Below, piece after piece: positions 1 through 13,975 of a stretch of 64,000 bases of DNA (position 1 is the first letter of the stretch; the number at the start of each line of letters is the position of its first letter). The DNA is taken from NCBI GenBank assembly GCA_002245135.1, contig NGBS01000324.1, forward strand, positions 1 to 64,000, written 5' to 3'. The position numbers and the translations under genes are program-made. The notes beneath the pieces were generated by a model. That model saw only the letters and a program-made list of their open reading frames with translations, ran no database searches and was not told the DNA's origin. The stretch comes from Proteromonas lacertae (Eukaryota).

Positions 1-3000
1 ATTGGATCAGTCAGATTTGTTGAATTGTTTAATAATGGATTTCTTCTTGGCAAGATTGGATTTAATTTAGGTGGAGCTCTTGGTAATGTTTTTGGTATAA
101 ATGGTGTAGTAGAATTATCACTTTCACTACCACTTTCACTTTCACTTTCGCTCTTATTATTACTATTATTATTATGAATTGAATTATTGTGATTTACATT
201 TGTTTTATATTCAAATTCATCTTCTTTTTCATTATTATTATTAACTTTCAATGTTAAATCACTTTCATTTACAGTAGTATCATTTCTAGCTGACATAAAT
301 GTATCAAATGCATTTTTCTTTGGAACATAAGTTAACACTGGTTTATTCTGCTTTTCAATTGGTTTTAATTGTATATTTCTCTTATTTGGCATTTTCACAG
401 GATTAGTAAATAATGTGGGAGTTAATGCTTTTGAATTACCATCATCTGATGATGAAGAATTTGATTTGTTAAATGCAATACTATCACTACTTGGTAATGT
501 TCTAAACGAAATATCAGCATCTGATGGTATAACTGTTTTCATTGCTTTTTTCTTTTTGACTATCTCGATATTTCTTATAAACATACATTAACAGCAATAA
601 CAGCAATAATAATAAAAAGAAAAATCCTAAAGATAATCCAATTATTAATGGAAGACTGTTCTTTTGTTTGGTAAGGATATCTTTCGACATTCATTCATTA
701 TATAACCATAAGATGCATTTCTATGACATACACGACAAGGTGGAATTAACTGATTTTCAAGTTCATATCCTTCTTTACATGTTCCATTTATTTCATCACC
801 TAATAATGAATTCTCCCAAATACTTGATTCATCTTCTGTTGCTTTACATCCTAATACTAAACTGCTTTTGCTAATTAATGTATCTTCATATCTTAACAAT
901 AGGGTTATATTGTTATATAAACTACCATTCACCATTAAAGGATCTGTAAATCTATGAGTTGATATAACACCTTCACTACAATGATAGGTAAAGTTTGAAA
1001 AGAAATAAGTCTCTTCATCATCACTTTCTTCATATTGATAATAAATTGACAAACTCAATTCAACACTCACATTATCACATAAACCATTTCGAATTGTAAC
1101 AAACATTCCACCTACTGAGAAGGTGTTGTTTAATATCTACAGGTAATGAAACAGTCAGATTCTTTAACTCAAATTTTGTATCCATATATGTTGGTATAAA
1201 ACATTTGGAAGTGACATTCTCATATACACCATCTTTATTACAAATACCTTTTGGTTTATCCTCTTCTCCTTTATATACATATCCTTCTGAACAACTACTG
1301 ACATTATAACCAAATGTACTACTTGGTAATTCAAATCTCTCTCTTCTATATGGTTTACATCCTAATATCATTGTCTTATTATCTAATAATTCATCTTCAT
1401 AATACAAAAACCATTTGATTTCATTGTAAATTGATGAATTGAAACATAAATTACTTATTAGTTGAGATGTTTCACATTTATAATCAATATCACTATATTT
1501 TATTAATTCGCCTTTCTCTACTTCATAGAATAGTTGCAATTTTATTGGTGCTTGTGGATCACGACATTCATCTTCAATTGAAATATGAATCTCTTTATTT
1601 ATACAGAATTTACTATCATATGCTATTGAGACTTCTAAATCATTTACATCCATTCGACTAGTGTAAAAATCATCAGCATAGCAAGTGTCAATTATTGTTA
1701 ACAATTTGTTATTTTGACATTTCGCTTTTGGTTTGCTATTTTCACTCATTGCTAAATATGTTTCTTCACATACTCCTTCTATTTCTTGATCAAATATTGA
1801 ATTATTAAAATAAGCATGAGATAATGACTGAATATGACAACCAGTATCTACAGTTGTATTCATTATATAATCAATATCATTATATAACCATAATGTTACT
1901 TTATTATACTTTCCACTTATACAAGCATCACCATCTGGTTTTATATGATAATTCCTTGATGCTAAACAATTAAATGTAAAATTGTTATAGAATTCTAAGT
2001 TGGTTGTTGTATTTGATGAAGAATAGTAGATTTGATAATTATAAACTGTTCCATTACAATCTTCTTTAAAATAATTAACATCAATAGTAACTAAACAAAA
2101 CTCATCTTCTACAGCTTTCACAAATGAATCAGTTACATTGATTGTATAGAATTTATACTCAGGTAAAATACATTGGTAAGAAATAGGTCCCCATTCACCA
2201 CTACTTAGACATTCTCTAATTGGTCGACCTGTTATACCTTCAGATATATAAACCACCTTCATCACAAAACCTTCTTGTATATCAACTAATGATGAATACC
2301 AATTATTACGACCTTCTTTTATCTCTGCACAACCTATTATTACATTTGTATTGATGGATGGATTTCCATCTGCATATAATGTAAATGTTATATTGTTGGA
2401 TGAATGTGAATAAATACAAACATCTGGTGAATAAAATCTTATTGTATCTTCACATATATACTCCACAGTTTGTGTTCCATATTGTTTATCTACTGTTTCA
2501 TTACCAAATCTATAAACAATTGTAATTCAAACACTTTCTCTGCTTCTGGACATAATCCTACATGATCAAACATTATGAAATTAGAAACACAGAAGGAATT
2601 TGTATCATCATCAACAAATTTAGACATATACTCAAAATTAAACTTTAAATCTTGATATGTTGGTTTATAGCATGTATCATTCACTTCAGATCCCCATTTG
2701 CCATCATTATTACACAATCGAGAAGGTTTACCATTAAACACCATCAGACATAAATCCTTCATCACATGTTCCATAGGATATACCAAAATGAGAAGTATTC
2801 CAAAATGAATTTAAATATTCATCTTTAGAACAACCTAATATTTTTACTATCTTTGTCTAATACACCATCATCTAAATTAATAGCTATTTCAATTTCATTA
2901 TCTGGAGGATTCAAATAAATAGAATCAGGTAAATCAGCTTCATAAATAACACCAAGTGAACATTTGAATAGAATTGATCCTAATTCATAATAACTTGGAT

Positions 3001-6000
3001 CAACTACACCAAATTTTCCTGTTGCATTTAATAATATATTCAAATAATCACCATTTGAACGACATGTATCATTAGTATATACCATTTGAATCTTACCATT
3101 CACATGGAATCTATTATTCTCAATTGTACTATCAACATATTTTATTGATATCTTTACATATTTCACATCATTTGTATAACAAGGATAGTATAATGTACTC
3201 CATTGACCATCTTCAGTACATAATCTCATTGGTCTGCCATTTGGTCCAACACTCACATAATTATCAATACATCGACCATATGAAATCTTTGGAATTGATA
3301 ATGGCCATATCGCATTATCTCTTGTAACAGCTTGACACCAATGATTTGGTAAATAACATGTATATGGCAATTTTGACCATGTTCCATTTCTATAACATTC
3401 TCTTGTTGGAAATTCTTCTGGACCTAACCAACCAGATGGTTCACCACATGGTTTTGTATAATTACCTGGAACAGAATTTGGCCAAACAATATTCTCATAT
3501 GAATAATCAGCTGTACAAAATAAAAATTGACTGTATGTTTGAATTACTTCTTCACAAATATCATCAATACAGATTCTAGCGTTGAAATATAGAACATCAA
3601 TCTCTTGAAAATCTATATAATCAATTGCAAAAACATTATTCTTAAAACAATAGTCTACTCTCCATATATCATCTCCATAATCATTTTCTTTACCAGATAT
3701 ATAATACTGAAGATAAACATATGGTTTATATTTTTCACATAAATTCAAATCTCTAACAAATATTGTGCCATTCAATGAAACAGTTCTATCATCACTTTCT
3801 AAGTAGGTTGTAACATGACTAAAATCAAATTCAAAAGTAGGTGTAACCATTGGTCGACATGGTAATTTTGGTTTTGTCCATTTATTTCTAGCACCACAAG
3901 TTCTTGATGGATATAAATCAAGTCCATCATATACATGATCTTCAATACAAGTACCATTCGCTTTTAATCCAACCAATTGACTTGGCCAAGTTGCATTGTA
4001 TTCTTCATCTCCAATACATCTTATTACTATTAAATAATAAAATAAAAAAGAATAATAAATATACAAACATCATCTTCAGTTCTGGGATGAACACATATTT
4101 CATATTTTGTTGCAAAACACACTTTGGCATGAAGTGTATAATTTGATTTTATAGATGGAGGTATATCTGCAAATATTGTATAGCTATAACTGGCTTTTGT
4201 ATTACATATACTTGTATTAACATATGGTAATTGAAAACTTTCCATTTCATCAGAATCATAAAATGTATATGCAAATCTAATATGACCATAATTTGGTATA
4301 ATTCTACAAAGTGTATTTACAATATGAACTGAAAATGACATATTATAATGACCTGTAGTTTCATTTACCCACATACCTTCAAAGTTAATAAATTCTAATG
4401 AAAAATATGGTAAATCCAATTCTAAACAACCAGATACATAATCATTTTCCCAATTACCATCATTTCTACATGTTCTTGTTAAAACAGCATCAGAAGAATT
4501 CTTGAAGAATGGCTGACAATAACCTTGAACAACTCCAAATGGACTTTTATCCCATCTTACATAATTATATGTAGAAAATGGACACCAATATCCTATTATA
4601 AAATATAACAATAGAAATATATACTCCTTCTAAAACTGGCTAAAACCATTGTGGTATTATCATACCATAATCTAACTTTAAAATCTATTTCTTCTGTATT
4701 GTTTGCTGTGAGATTATAAATATTAATTATTGTTTCTCCATTCTCAAAGCAATAACTTACATCTTCAATTGTACTGTGATTATAATACCATCGATTTTCA
4801 CCTATTTCATATTCTAATTTTAAATAATCTGGTTTATAATCAAATCCACAATTATCATGATCTATCAATTTCAATGTAATATTCAAATTTGCTAAATCAT
4901 CTTCTGTCACTGATGCTGCATAATCTACTACTTCAATTTCGAAATGCTTTTCTTCAAACTTACATGAAATATTTGTGTTAAATTCTTCCCATTTATCACC
5001 AAGGCATTGAAGTTTTGGTTTTTCTGAACTTCCATACACATTGGAGAAATATTCACAATCTCCTGTTCTATATTCTGAGTTATTACCAAAATTGAATGTT
5101 ATTCTATTCACAACGTAATGAGGACAACCATAATAATTCTGATAAAGATACAACTGCCTATCTTTATCCCAAATTATACCTTTGTAATTAGTAATTATTT
5201 TTGCCCTAACAACTTTATATGCCCAGTAACTACTTCTCTTATACGTATCAATACGATGTCTATGATATTGATGAGTATAATTATGACCTTCTCCACACAC
5301 TGCAGGGTAATTATTGCTATACCAATAATAATAATCATCACCTGGTTTGCCTACTAAATCCATTGTACGGTAACTGTTATATGGTCTTGTATAATTACAA
5401 GCATGTTTATCTCTTACCCAATAATTAGTTTCAACTCTGAAATAGTCATTTTCAATTAAATACATTTTTACATCCCATTGAATACTAATTGGTTCATCAT
5501 AATAGCAATATTCAATATCTGGATGCATATCTAAAAACTGACCATCTGGTCCACATTCTTTTATCGGTTGAAAGCCTTGTGAATATACCCATATTTCAGG
5601 ACAATAACCATAAGTAACATTTTCATCCATTAATATATATGGCAAACGGATTTCATTATAAATTTTAGTAGCACAACCTATTATTTTATTCACACGAGAT
5701 AAAGCAAGTGAACATAAACTACCTCCTTCTTCTCCAATACATATTTGAACATAAAATATGTATAAAAAAGAATCATCAACAAATGGATATTGTTCATTTG
5801 GTGGATCAACAGTAAAAGAATTATTTATAAGAGGATATTTATAATTTCTAACATTATTTCCATAGAATATATCACCTAGAGTTGTTGTAAATCCATATTG
5901 TAGTGTAACATCATCTGGACAAAAAGCACAACTTCCATTTAATATATCTGTTACAGTAAACACACCATTTAAAATTAGTCCTTTTCTATTTTTATCTTTC

Positions 6001-9000
6001 CATGAAAATGTTAAATTTGATATATCTATTATAAATCGATCCACTATTGAAAATAGAAATATATATATATATATATATATAAATACATTTTTCTCCAGAA
6101 CCATCACTTGGTCCTAACCAACATTTAGCTTCATTATCAGCCCAAAAACCATCTGCTTTACATTCTCTTGTAAAAGTAACATTTGGCATTGGTATAAAGA
6201 AAGCACTACATGTTGAGTTTATTATTCCTGGATAAGATGCTGGATATTTAACATATGAACCATCTAATAGAGTTTGAGCTTGACAATGATCAACTATATA
6301 AATAAAAATGAAATAAAACAAAATATATATACTTTTATGATAGTAATCATACATTCTATCTCTAGATAAATCTCTGCCATTATCATTTCGAGAAATCATT
6401 ATTGTAAAGTGAGTCATATTAATAAAATAACTATTAAGATTGATAGGAATAACTAATGTATTATTCTCAAATGGATAATCAAATTTTCTCACATATCTAT
6501 TCTCAGCCCATCTACAATCCTGATTTTTATTAAAATCAATCTCTTTATCAGTCCAACATGCTAAAATATACACAAACTTTTCTGCAAACAATTTAGGAAC
6601 TGGTGATAAATCATTAATTATCAAATTACCTTTCACATATCCATAATAATAATCCAAAGAAAAATCTAATTGTGTTATATTAATTTTTAGATCAGGAGGA
6701 CTCCAAACACATTTTTGATCTGCTGGATCAAAACTTACACCATTTGTACAGTTTCTGTAAAAATATTGTCCTGGTACTTGATATTCATATAAAGGATCAC
6801 ACCAACACTTAGCTGTTTTACCTTTTATTGTAAATGGACAATGAAAATGATTGTTATTATCATCAATTTCAAGACATGAAATCCCTAATTAAAATAATAA
6901 AAATACAATGAAATATTATAATCATACATTCTTGATACTCATAGTATTGAATATTCTTCTGTAAATTAAATAATTCCAATTTAAAATATCTTGGCCTATT
7001 TCTTCCTGTTCCTCCAGTTACAATTAATCCTTCATCAGGAAAACAGTAATCTATTTCTTTATCTTCATTATGTGACCAATAACCATTTTCCCACATATAT
7101 ATTCTGAATATTAATTTCTCTGGCTTTTTAGCTACACATTCATTTTCATCATACACAGTTACATTATATTCAACTCTAGTGTATGTTATGTAATTTGGAT
7201 TGTCATTCCAAATTGTGATATTATTAATTTCCATCCCAAATTCTATTCAATAATAATATAATCATAAATATTATTATACTTGGTTTAACATAAACACATT
7301 TATGATCATTATTATTCCATCCATTTTGAGAACAGTTACGAATAATTGTATCACCATTATCTATTGATTCTCCTTCATATTTATGAAATAATGGACATTC
7401 ATAATCATATAAAATAGCATCATCAGTGTATCTCGTTTTAGGCCAATTGATATTCTCTTTATTCTCTGCTAAACAAAAAACCCAAACTATTTGAAATAAT
7501 TATCATAATATTCATACTTTTCTTTCTCTCAAACCAATTATTATTATTATTACCACCATCATATGACACTTCAAATTCCATAAAATTAAGACCTGTCATT
7601 GTTGGAATCATTAACCTATATGGTCTTTCTAATTGACATGAAGGTATATTATCTAAATAAATCCAACGATCATTATTATAACAATATCGTAAATACAAAT
7701 ATTTAGGAAATGTATGTGATTCTTTTGAACATATTACAGAATCAATTAATGCATCTCCCCATACATATTTATCATCATCACTAAATTCTAATTGGAATGT
7801 ATAATTCATTACTGGTTCTATTTAATTAATAACTATAGTAAAATATACTAAAATAATCACATTTTATATTTTCCACCCATTGATTCTCTCCATTACAAAT
7901 TGTTTGTGGTCTTTTGAAATCTTCTTTCCATTTATACCTTTCATCACATTTTCCATATCCTATACCTTTAAATGATCTTTCCATTGTAACATGATTGAAA
8001 TTCTTTTCTTCACAAACGATACTGAATGATTCTAAAAATGATTTTCTTTCTCTTTTTTTATTACCAAATCCTCCTATTGAAAATATCGTATAATCATTTG
8101 GAACATCCATTCTTGTTATATTCACTACAACCCTGTTATTAGGCCAACAATAATCAGTTATAAATTCATTTGTATTTATACCAGTTACAGCTATACGATT
8201 AGCTGTGTAGTAAATAAATACTTTTTCAATTGAATGTGGCAAACATTCTTTTGCTGTTATTGTAACATAACCACTATAATGGATTTGATTATCATAAGAT
8301 ATTAAAAGATGAGAATAATCTATTGTTACTTTAGGACGATCTATTTGAATAATAATGCATTATTAATATATGAATATATACTTAACTCTTTACACTTTGT
8401 ATCAGGTTCACCCCATATCAAATCAGGTCCACATTTTCTTTCAGGATTCTGACCCTCTATTGGATAATAATAAAATTCAGCACATTCACCTATTGAAGCT
8501 TCACCACCTACCATTGCATTATGAGTTGCATTTGCTTCAGTTATTGGAAGACAAGCAATTTCTATAAGTTTTATTATATGAATATTATATACGAGTTACA
8601 ACATAGGATGCATTCACTTGACAATCAGATTGTGGACATAATCTCACAAAGAAATAAGGGTAAGTTGGTTCTGGTGAAACAACAGCGTCAATATGGAAAG
8701 TTGTCTTATGATCTGGAAAACAATATGCAGTACTAATGATATGAATATCTCTATCACTTATTGGATATGTTTGTCCACTTAATCCATACTGAATGAAAAT
8801 TGTATTATTGTAGGATCTTTCAAATAATTCAGCAAATAAACATCCATCAGGATCACGCACATGTACATCACCAGAATACTTGATTGTATTGTTAAAACTT
8901 TCATATTTCATATCATCTAAGTCTATTTGAAGACGCGGTGGCCCTATTGTAATATTTATATAAATAACACAAAATATACAATCAGCAGAATCATCCATTT

Positions 9001-9290
9001 CTCTCTTTTCATACTTTTGGCAAGGAAGAACAATTGGCTGCCAAGTATCGTTTATACACTCTCGAAATGGCATTCCATTGGGTCCATGACTTCGATAACC
9101 ATCAAAACACTTCGCGTAAACTACTCCTTCATATGCTTTATGCCAATGGGCATATGAATCATTCTTTAACTCTGGACAAAAAGACCCTATATTAAACAAT
9201 AATATCAAATATGAATTATACCAACAACTGTTAAAATTAAAATGAAAACGAAAATCATATTGTGTACACAAAACGACTAGTATTTTAAAA
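1..9290 (-). pseudogene. Left copy of the Cys-rich modular type I surface protein gene; lacks the start ATG of the right copy; 3' end runs off the window
   Basis: Reverse complement of the gene at 54806 onward. The 5' end reads ...attattgaatatttttttagttttaaaatactagtc where the right copy has ...aaatgtcgaattttttgaaaatactagtc. Several 1-nt frameshifts occur below ~2850 and may be sequence errors, so pseudogene status is uncertain. Confidence 0.55.
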
Positions 9291-9569
9291 CTAAAAAAAT
9301 ATTCAATAATTTAATGTATAACGTCTATAAATAGATTATATTAATGAGTGACATTATCATTAAGACTAGAATAAAATATCTCTTTATTTCTTTTACATTC
9401 GTTTGTCTTACCAAAAATATTCACAGATTTGTTACTTATTATTTGATTTCTATCTCCTTTTACCACTACATCTTCACTTTCAGCAACTAAATTCCTATTA
9501 CCCATCATACCAACATTTATGCATCTAATCACTTGATTTTGTGTTGAATTCTCAACAACATCTACTTTT
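104..9569. repeat. Left arm of a large inverted repeat (~9.5 kb or more), reverse complement of ~54546..64000
   Basis: Position 104 (gtgtagtagaattatca) mirrors the last bases of the window. The ORF translations of both arms match module for module. Clear identity ends near aaaagtagat (9569/54546). Confidence 0.97.
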
Positions 9570-12500
9570 CTTGATGTTTTGATTAAATTAAAGTCTCCCT
9601 GTATAGTAATATCACTAGATTTATTAACATTATTTTTGTTGCCAATTATAGTAATTCTGTTACATTGATCTAAAATATTGCAACTGCCATATACTTTCAA
9701 TGCTCCTGATAGTATAATAGTATTATTGTTATTTATTACACTGCAATTACATGATGAATTTATAGTATTATAACTACCTTCTATTATACATTCTCTACAG
9801 TCAATTAAAACATTTCTATCACCATATACTCTAATACATTTACAATTAACAAATCTTGAATTATTAGTTCGAAATATTTTATTTGATAAATTATAATATT
9901 CTACAGGTTTAGAATAACCTTCTGTCTTTGCTTTTAATTTGATTAAATATTCATTTAACGACTTTATTTCTCTATTATAAGAACTTATTGAATGTGTTTT
10001 ATTTGACCAATTTCTAATACTTCTAATGTATTCTTTATATTCCGTTTTATGTTTTGGATTATTACTAATTGCAGTTCTTATCAATTGTTCTAAAACAAGT
10101 CTAAAATAATAATAATAATAATATACATCAAATGATCATATTCATCTTTCAATCTACTCACTTCCTCCTGTTCTCTTATTTTCTTAACTTGTTCTTCTTT
10201 AGATAATGATTCTGCTTCATACAACTGCTTCAATTCTCTAATATTATCTTGTAATTTTAGTATTGTTTTTGCACTTTCTAATGGGTTGAATTGGTAATAG
10301 GTTAATTCTGATGAGTCATTTACAATATGAGATGATTCTGTTAATTTGTTATTAACGTTTGTTATTGGATTTGGATATTGAAATTTTCTTATAATTTCAC
10401 ATAATACTTTTCTTAATGATTGGATTTGCTCAATATGAGTTGAATAATTCGACTATTTTAATAAGAATTATTGTTTATATTATTATATATATATACAACT
10501 GAATTTGTTGTTTTATAAAACCAATCATCAATAGATTTAGTATTTTTCATAATTGAATCGATTATATTATCATATGATGATTCTGTTAAGTTTCTATTTT
10601 GTAAATGTGATTCAGTTTGTTGTAAGAAGACTTGATAATTACTACTGTTATTTCCTAACAACATTGTCTTGTATTTAAATTTCTTTCTATAAATAAAAAT
10701 ATAATTACTTAAATAAATATACAGTAATGGGTTAATAATCTCTAATTTTCTATCTCTCTATAATAATAATAATAAACAATATTACATATAATGTATATAT
10801 ATACTAAATGTATATAGTAATCATCAATTGCACTTCTCAATTTTGGTATCATTATATCCAATGATGTTAATATTCTCTGATATTGATGATGGATATGTCT
10901 TATTCTTGTTTCTTTACTTAATTTATTCATCTCATCATTTGCTTCTTTTAAATATTCATAAAAGTATTTATAATCATCTATTTTATTAGTCTCAGCAAGT
11001 AATTGAGAATACTCTTTTAGTTTTAATTGAATGACATTAAAGTTATTTAACACTTGTTGATTTACCTAAAATATGAAATTATGTATAGAATTATATGTTT
11101 ATACTTCTCCACTGTTCAAATTATATCTCAATTTACTCAACTCTTCTTTCATTTTCTTTAAAAGTTCCTTAGCTGGAATAACCTGAAGTTTATAATCAGG
11201 TGTATTAATAAAAATATCAGTTATTCGTGATTTTACATCATTTATAAAATGCAAAGATTCATCTCTTTTTACATAATTAGGATTATCTTGTAATAAAGAT
11301 TCATATGAATCTCTAAAAGCATTAAATAATAATATTATACACCAACTGTTTCAACTCATTGAATAGACTCTCTGCAACTTGTTGATTCTAAATAAATATA
11401 CATTATTAATAACAATAATTATACATTCTCATATTCAATGAACTTGTTGATTGTATGGTATAATTCCTTTAAATTTTCATTTACTTCTTTAAACTCTTCT
11501 ATTTTTTCTTTATAATCATTTTCTTGTATTTCTCCTTTAACATATGGAACAACAGCCTCATGAGCTTCATTAATGACTTGTTTATAATCATTTGGAATAA
11601 CATCCATATGATTATTTATTAAGTCGTTACAATTATTGCTATAATAATAATATTAACAGTAATGTATACATTTCACTGATAATATGATTATATTGAGAGT
11701 CTAAAAACAGTAAATCTTGAAAACTGTTATATTTATTATTCAAATTTTTAATGCATATTAACACAATATCTACATCACTCTTATTTGTTTCATATTTATT
11801 TTTGATTTCGTTATATTCATTTATTAACATATTATAAATAACAATTCCTTTATGATGATCTAAACACTTATAATATCTATCATTTATCTTTTTAAACTCC
11901 TTTTGAGCTTTTTCTAATTGTTTTCCATCAGATTCTTCACTAACAACTGATCTTGGGATTGCTATTGGAACAGTAACTTTGGGTGAATCAATGGGTGTAA
12001 CTACAATACTACTGTTCTTATTCCTATTACTATTATCGTCTTCAGGTTTAATATCATTTAATGTAATAGGTTTTAAATCAGATAGAGTTGGTAATTTTGG
12101 TTCTATTTGTTCTACTGACGAAGGTAGAAGAATTGGTTGTTCTTTCGGTGGTGTATCATGTTTTGGTTTATTATCTATTTGTTTATCATTAGCTGGAGTT
12201 GATGGTTTAGGAGCTATTTTAGCTTTTTCATATTCCTGGCATAACTCTTTATCTAATTCATTCAATTTTTCTATCGTTATTAAATAAGTTGGATTTGTTT
12301 TAATATAATTTAGAGTATTATTATTTATATAATCTCTTATACTGTCTCTATTCCATTCTGGAATATCTTCATCAATTGAAGCTAAATACTTATAACACTT
12401 CGATTCTAAATCATTCTTTTGTTTCGCTATTTCATGTATTACTTCATCTTTCTTTTCTAATTCTAATTCAATGGCTTTTATTTCATTATAATAAGACTCT

Positions 12501-13825
12501 GGTTTTTCTTTATACTTTGGATCATCTTCTATTGGTAAAGTTGTTAAATTATAATTCCATTTTCCTATATCTATTGCACCTTTATAACTACATCCAAAAC
12601 TAACATTTTCATCCATATTTAAAGTTAAATTAAAATCTGTTGTTATGCTATATTTTTTCTTCAAATGTTCTTTCACTAATTCTTTTAAGTATATTATTCT
12701 CATTGTTCCACCAATAGGAGTGGGGATTAATTCTTTTCGAGCTTTTTTATCAAGTTTTGATTTATTTATAGCTTCATCTATTACCTTGCTTAATTTATCA
12801 TTAAAATCATATTTTATTATTAATTTCTTTATGTCATTTACTGATAATATTCTTTCATAATCTTCCTTATCTTCTAATACTCCATCACACACAACGGATA
12901 CTTCATCAGCTCCTTCTGCAGATAATTTCTCTTTAGCTTTAATTAAACTGTTTCGAACTTTCACGTAACTTGACACATTGTTATAAATATCAATTGTATA
13001 TTCATTTTTTATCATTTCTTCAAATTTGTCTATCAAATATTTGTCTATTGTTCTACCTCCAATACTTTCATCATATTCATTACTTAATATATTACATTTA
13101 TCTTTACTATATTCTACTACAGTAACTGATGTTCCTATATAGCCAATATCAATAAATAATAATCTCTTTACTTCATTTTTGTCTGTTTTAAAACTATGAT
13201 TATTCTCATATCCATAAGCTAATGCACTTCCAACATAGGTTGGGATTACTTCTATATTATTTATATTAGATAGTGTAAAAAGTTTTCTTAATTCTGTGTA
13301 TTGAGGATTTGCGAAATTAGGAGGAGCTGAAATTACATATTTCTCTACATCACTATTTGACACTTCTATTTCTTTTTTTAAGAAATATAACATCATTATT
13401 ATGTATTGCTGAATGGAATATCTATCTTCATTTACTTTAAACATTATATTGCCATCATCATCGCTAGAAAAATATGACTTATAACCTGCAAAATAGTAAT
13501 TTCTTTCTAATTCGTCTAAATATTCGGATTTCTTTAAGAAAAATTCACTTGAAAAATGAAGTGTATTATTAAATGACTTTCTTTCCTATTGAAATAAGAC
13601 ATTACGCATACATATTGTTCTGACAAAATCCCAAAACATCTTCCATCATCTCGAAATGTAATAATATTACTAATAGAATATTAAACTAATATACGGTGTC
13701 AGCTTTTTACCGTGACTATTCTCAACAACTTTTGAGACAGATAATTCAGAATTAAAGTAAGTCATTACAATATTCCTATTACCCATATCAATTCCGCATA
13801 TATTATTATTGTCTTTACCTTCCAT
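9341..13825 (-). CDS. Multi-exon Hsp70/Hsp110-family ATPase-domain protein with Pro-rich linker, helical/coiled-coil region and C-terminal beta-solenoid repeats
   Basis: The spliced N-terminus is MEGKDNNNICGIDMGNRN...VENSHGKKLTP. Hsp70 nucleotide-binding-domain motifs include VISAPPNF, LLFIDIGYIGTSV, IGGRTID, KAKEKLS, IGGTMRI and NMDENVSFG, followed by the Hsp110-like lid KQKNDLESKCY. Short GT-AG introns appear to link the ORF fragments 11639, 11419, 10742, 10458 and 9341; the last junction (HL-I-LVLEQLIRTA) was checked in frame. Confidence 0.85.
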
Positions 13826-13975
13826 AGAATGAATACAGAGCGAAAATAAACAAAACTGTTATTCGTTTTGTTTCAAAAATATGCTCGTTTCAAGAATATA
13901 AATCCTTTTTCTTCACATTCTTCACATATGTTTATGTAAGAATATGTTGGTTATTGTTTTCCAAATTAAAATTGT

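Noticed and set aside
645..9271. Many separate small genes as suggested by the ORF track, or an alternative genetic code
   Set aside because: The fragments join into one gene via short GT-AG introns and 1-nt indels. The 12-13-kb ORFs are open in the standard code.
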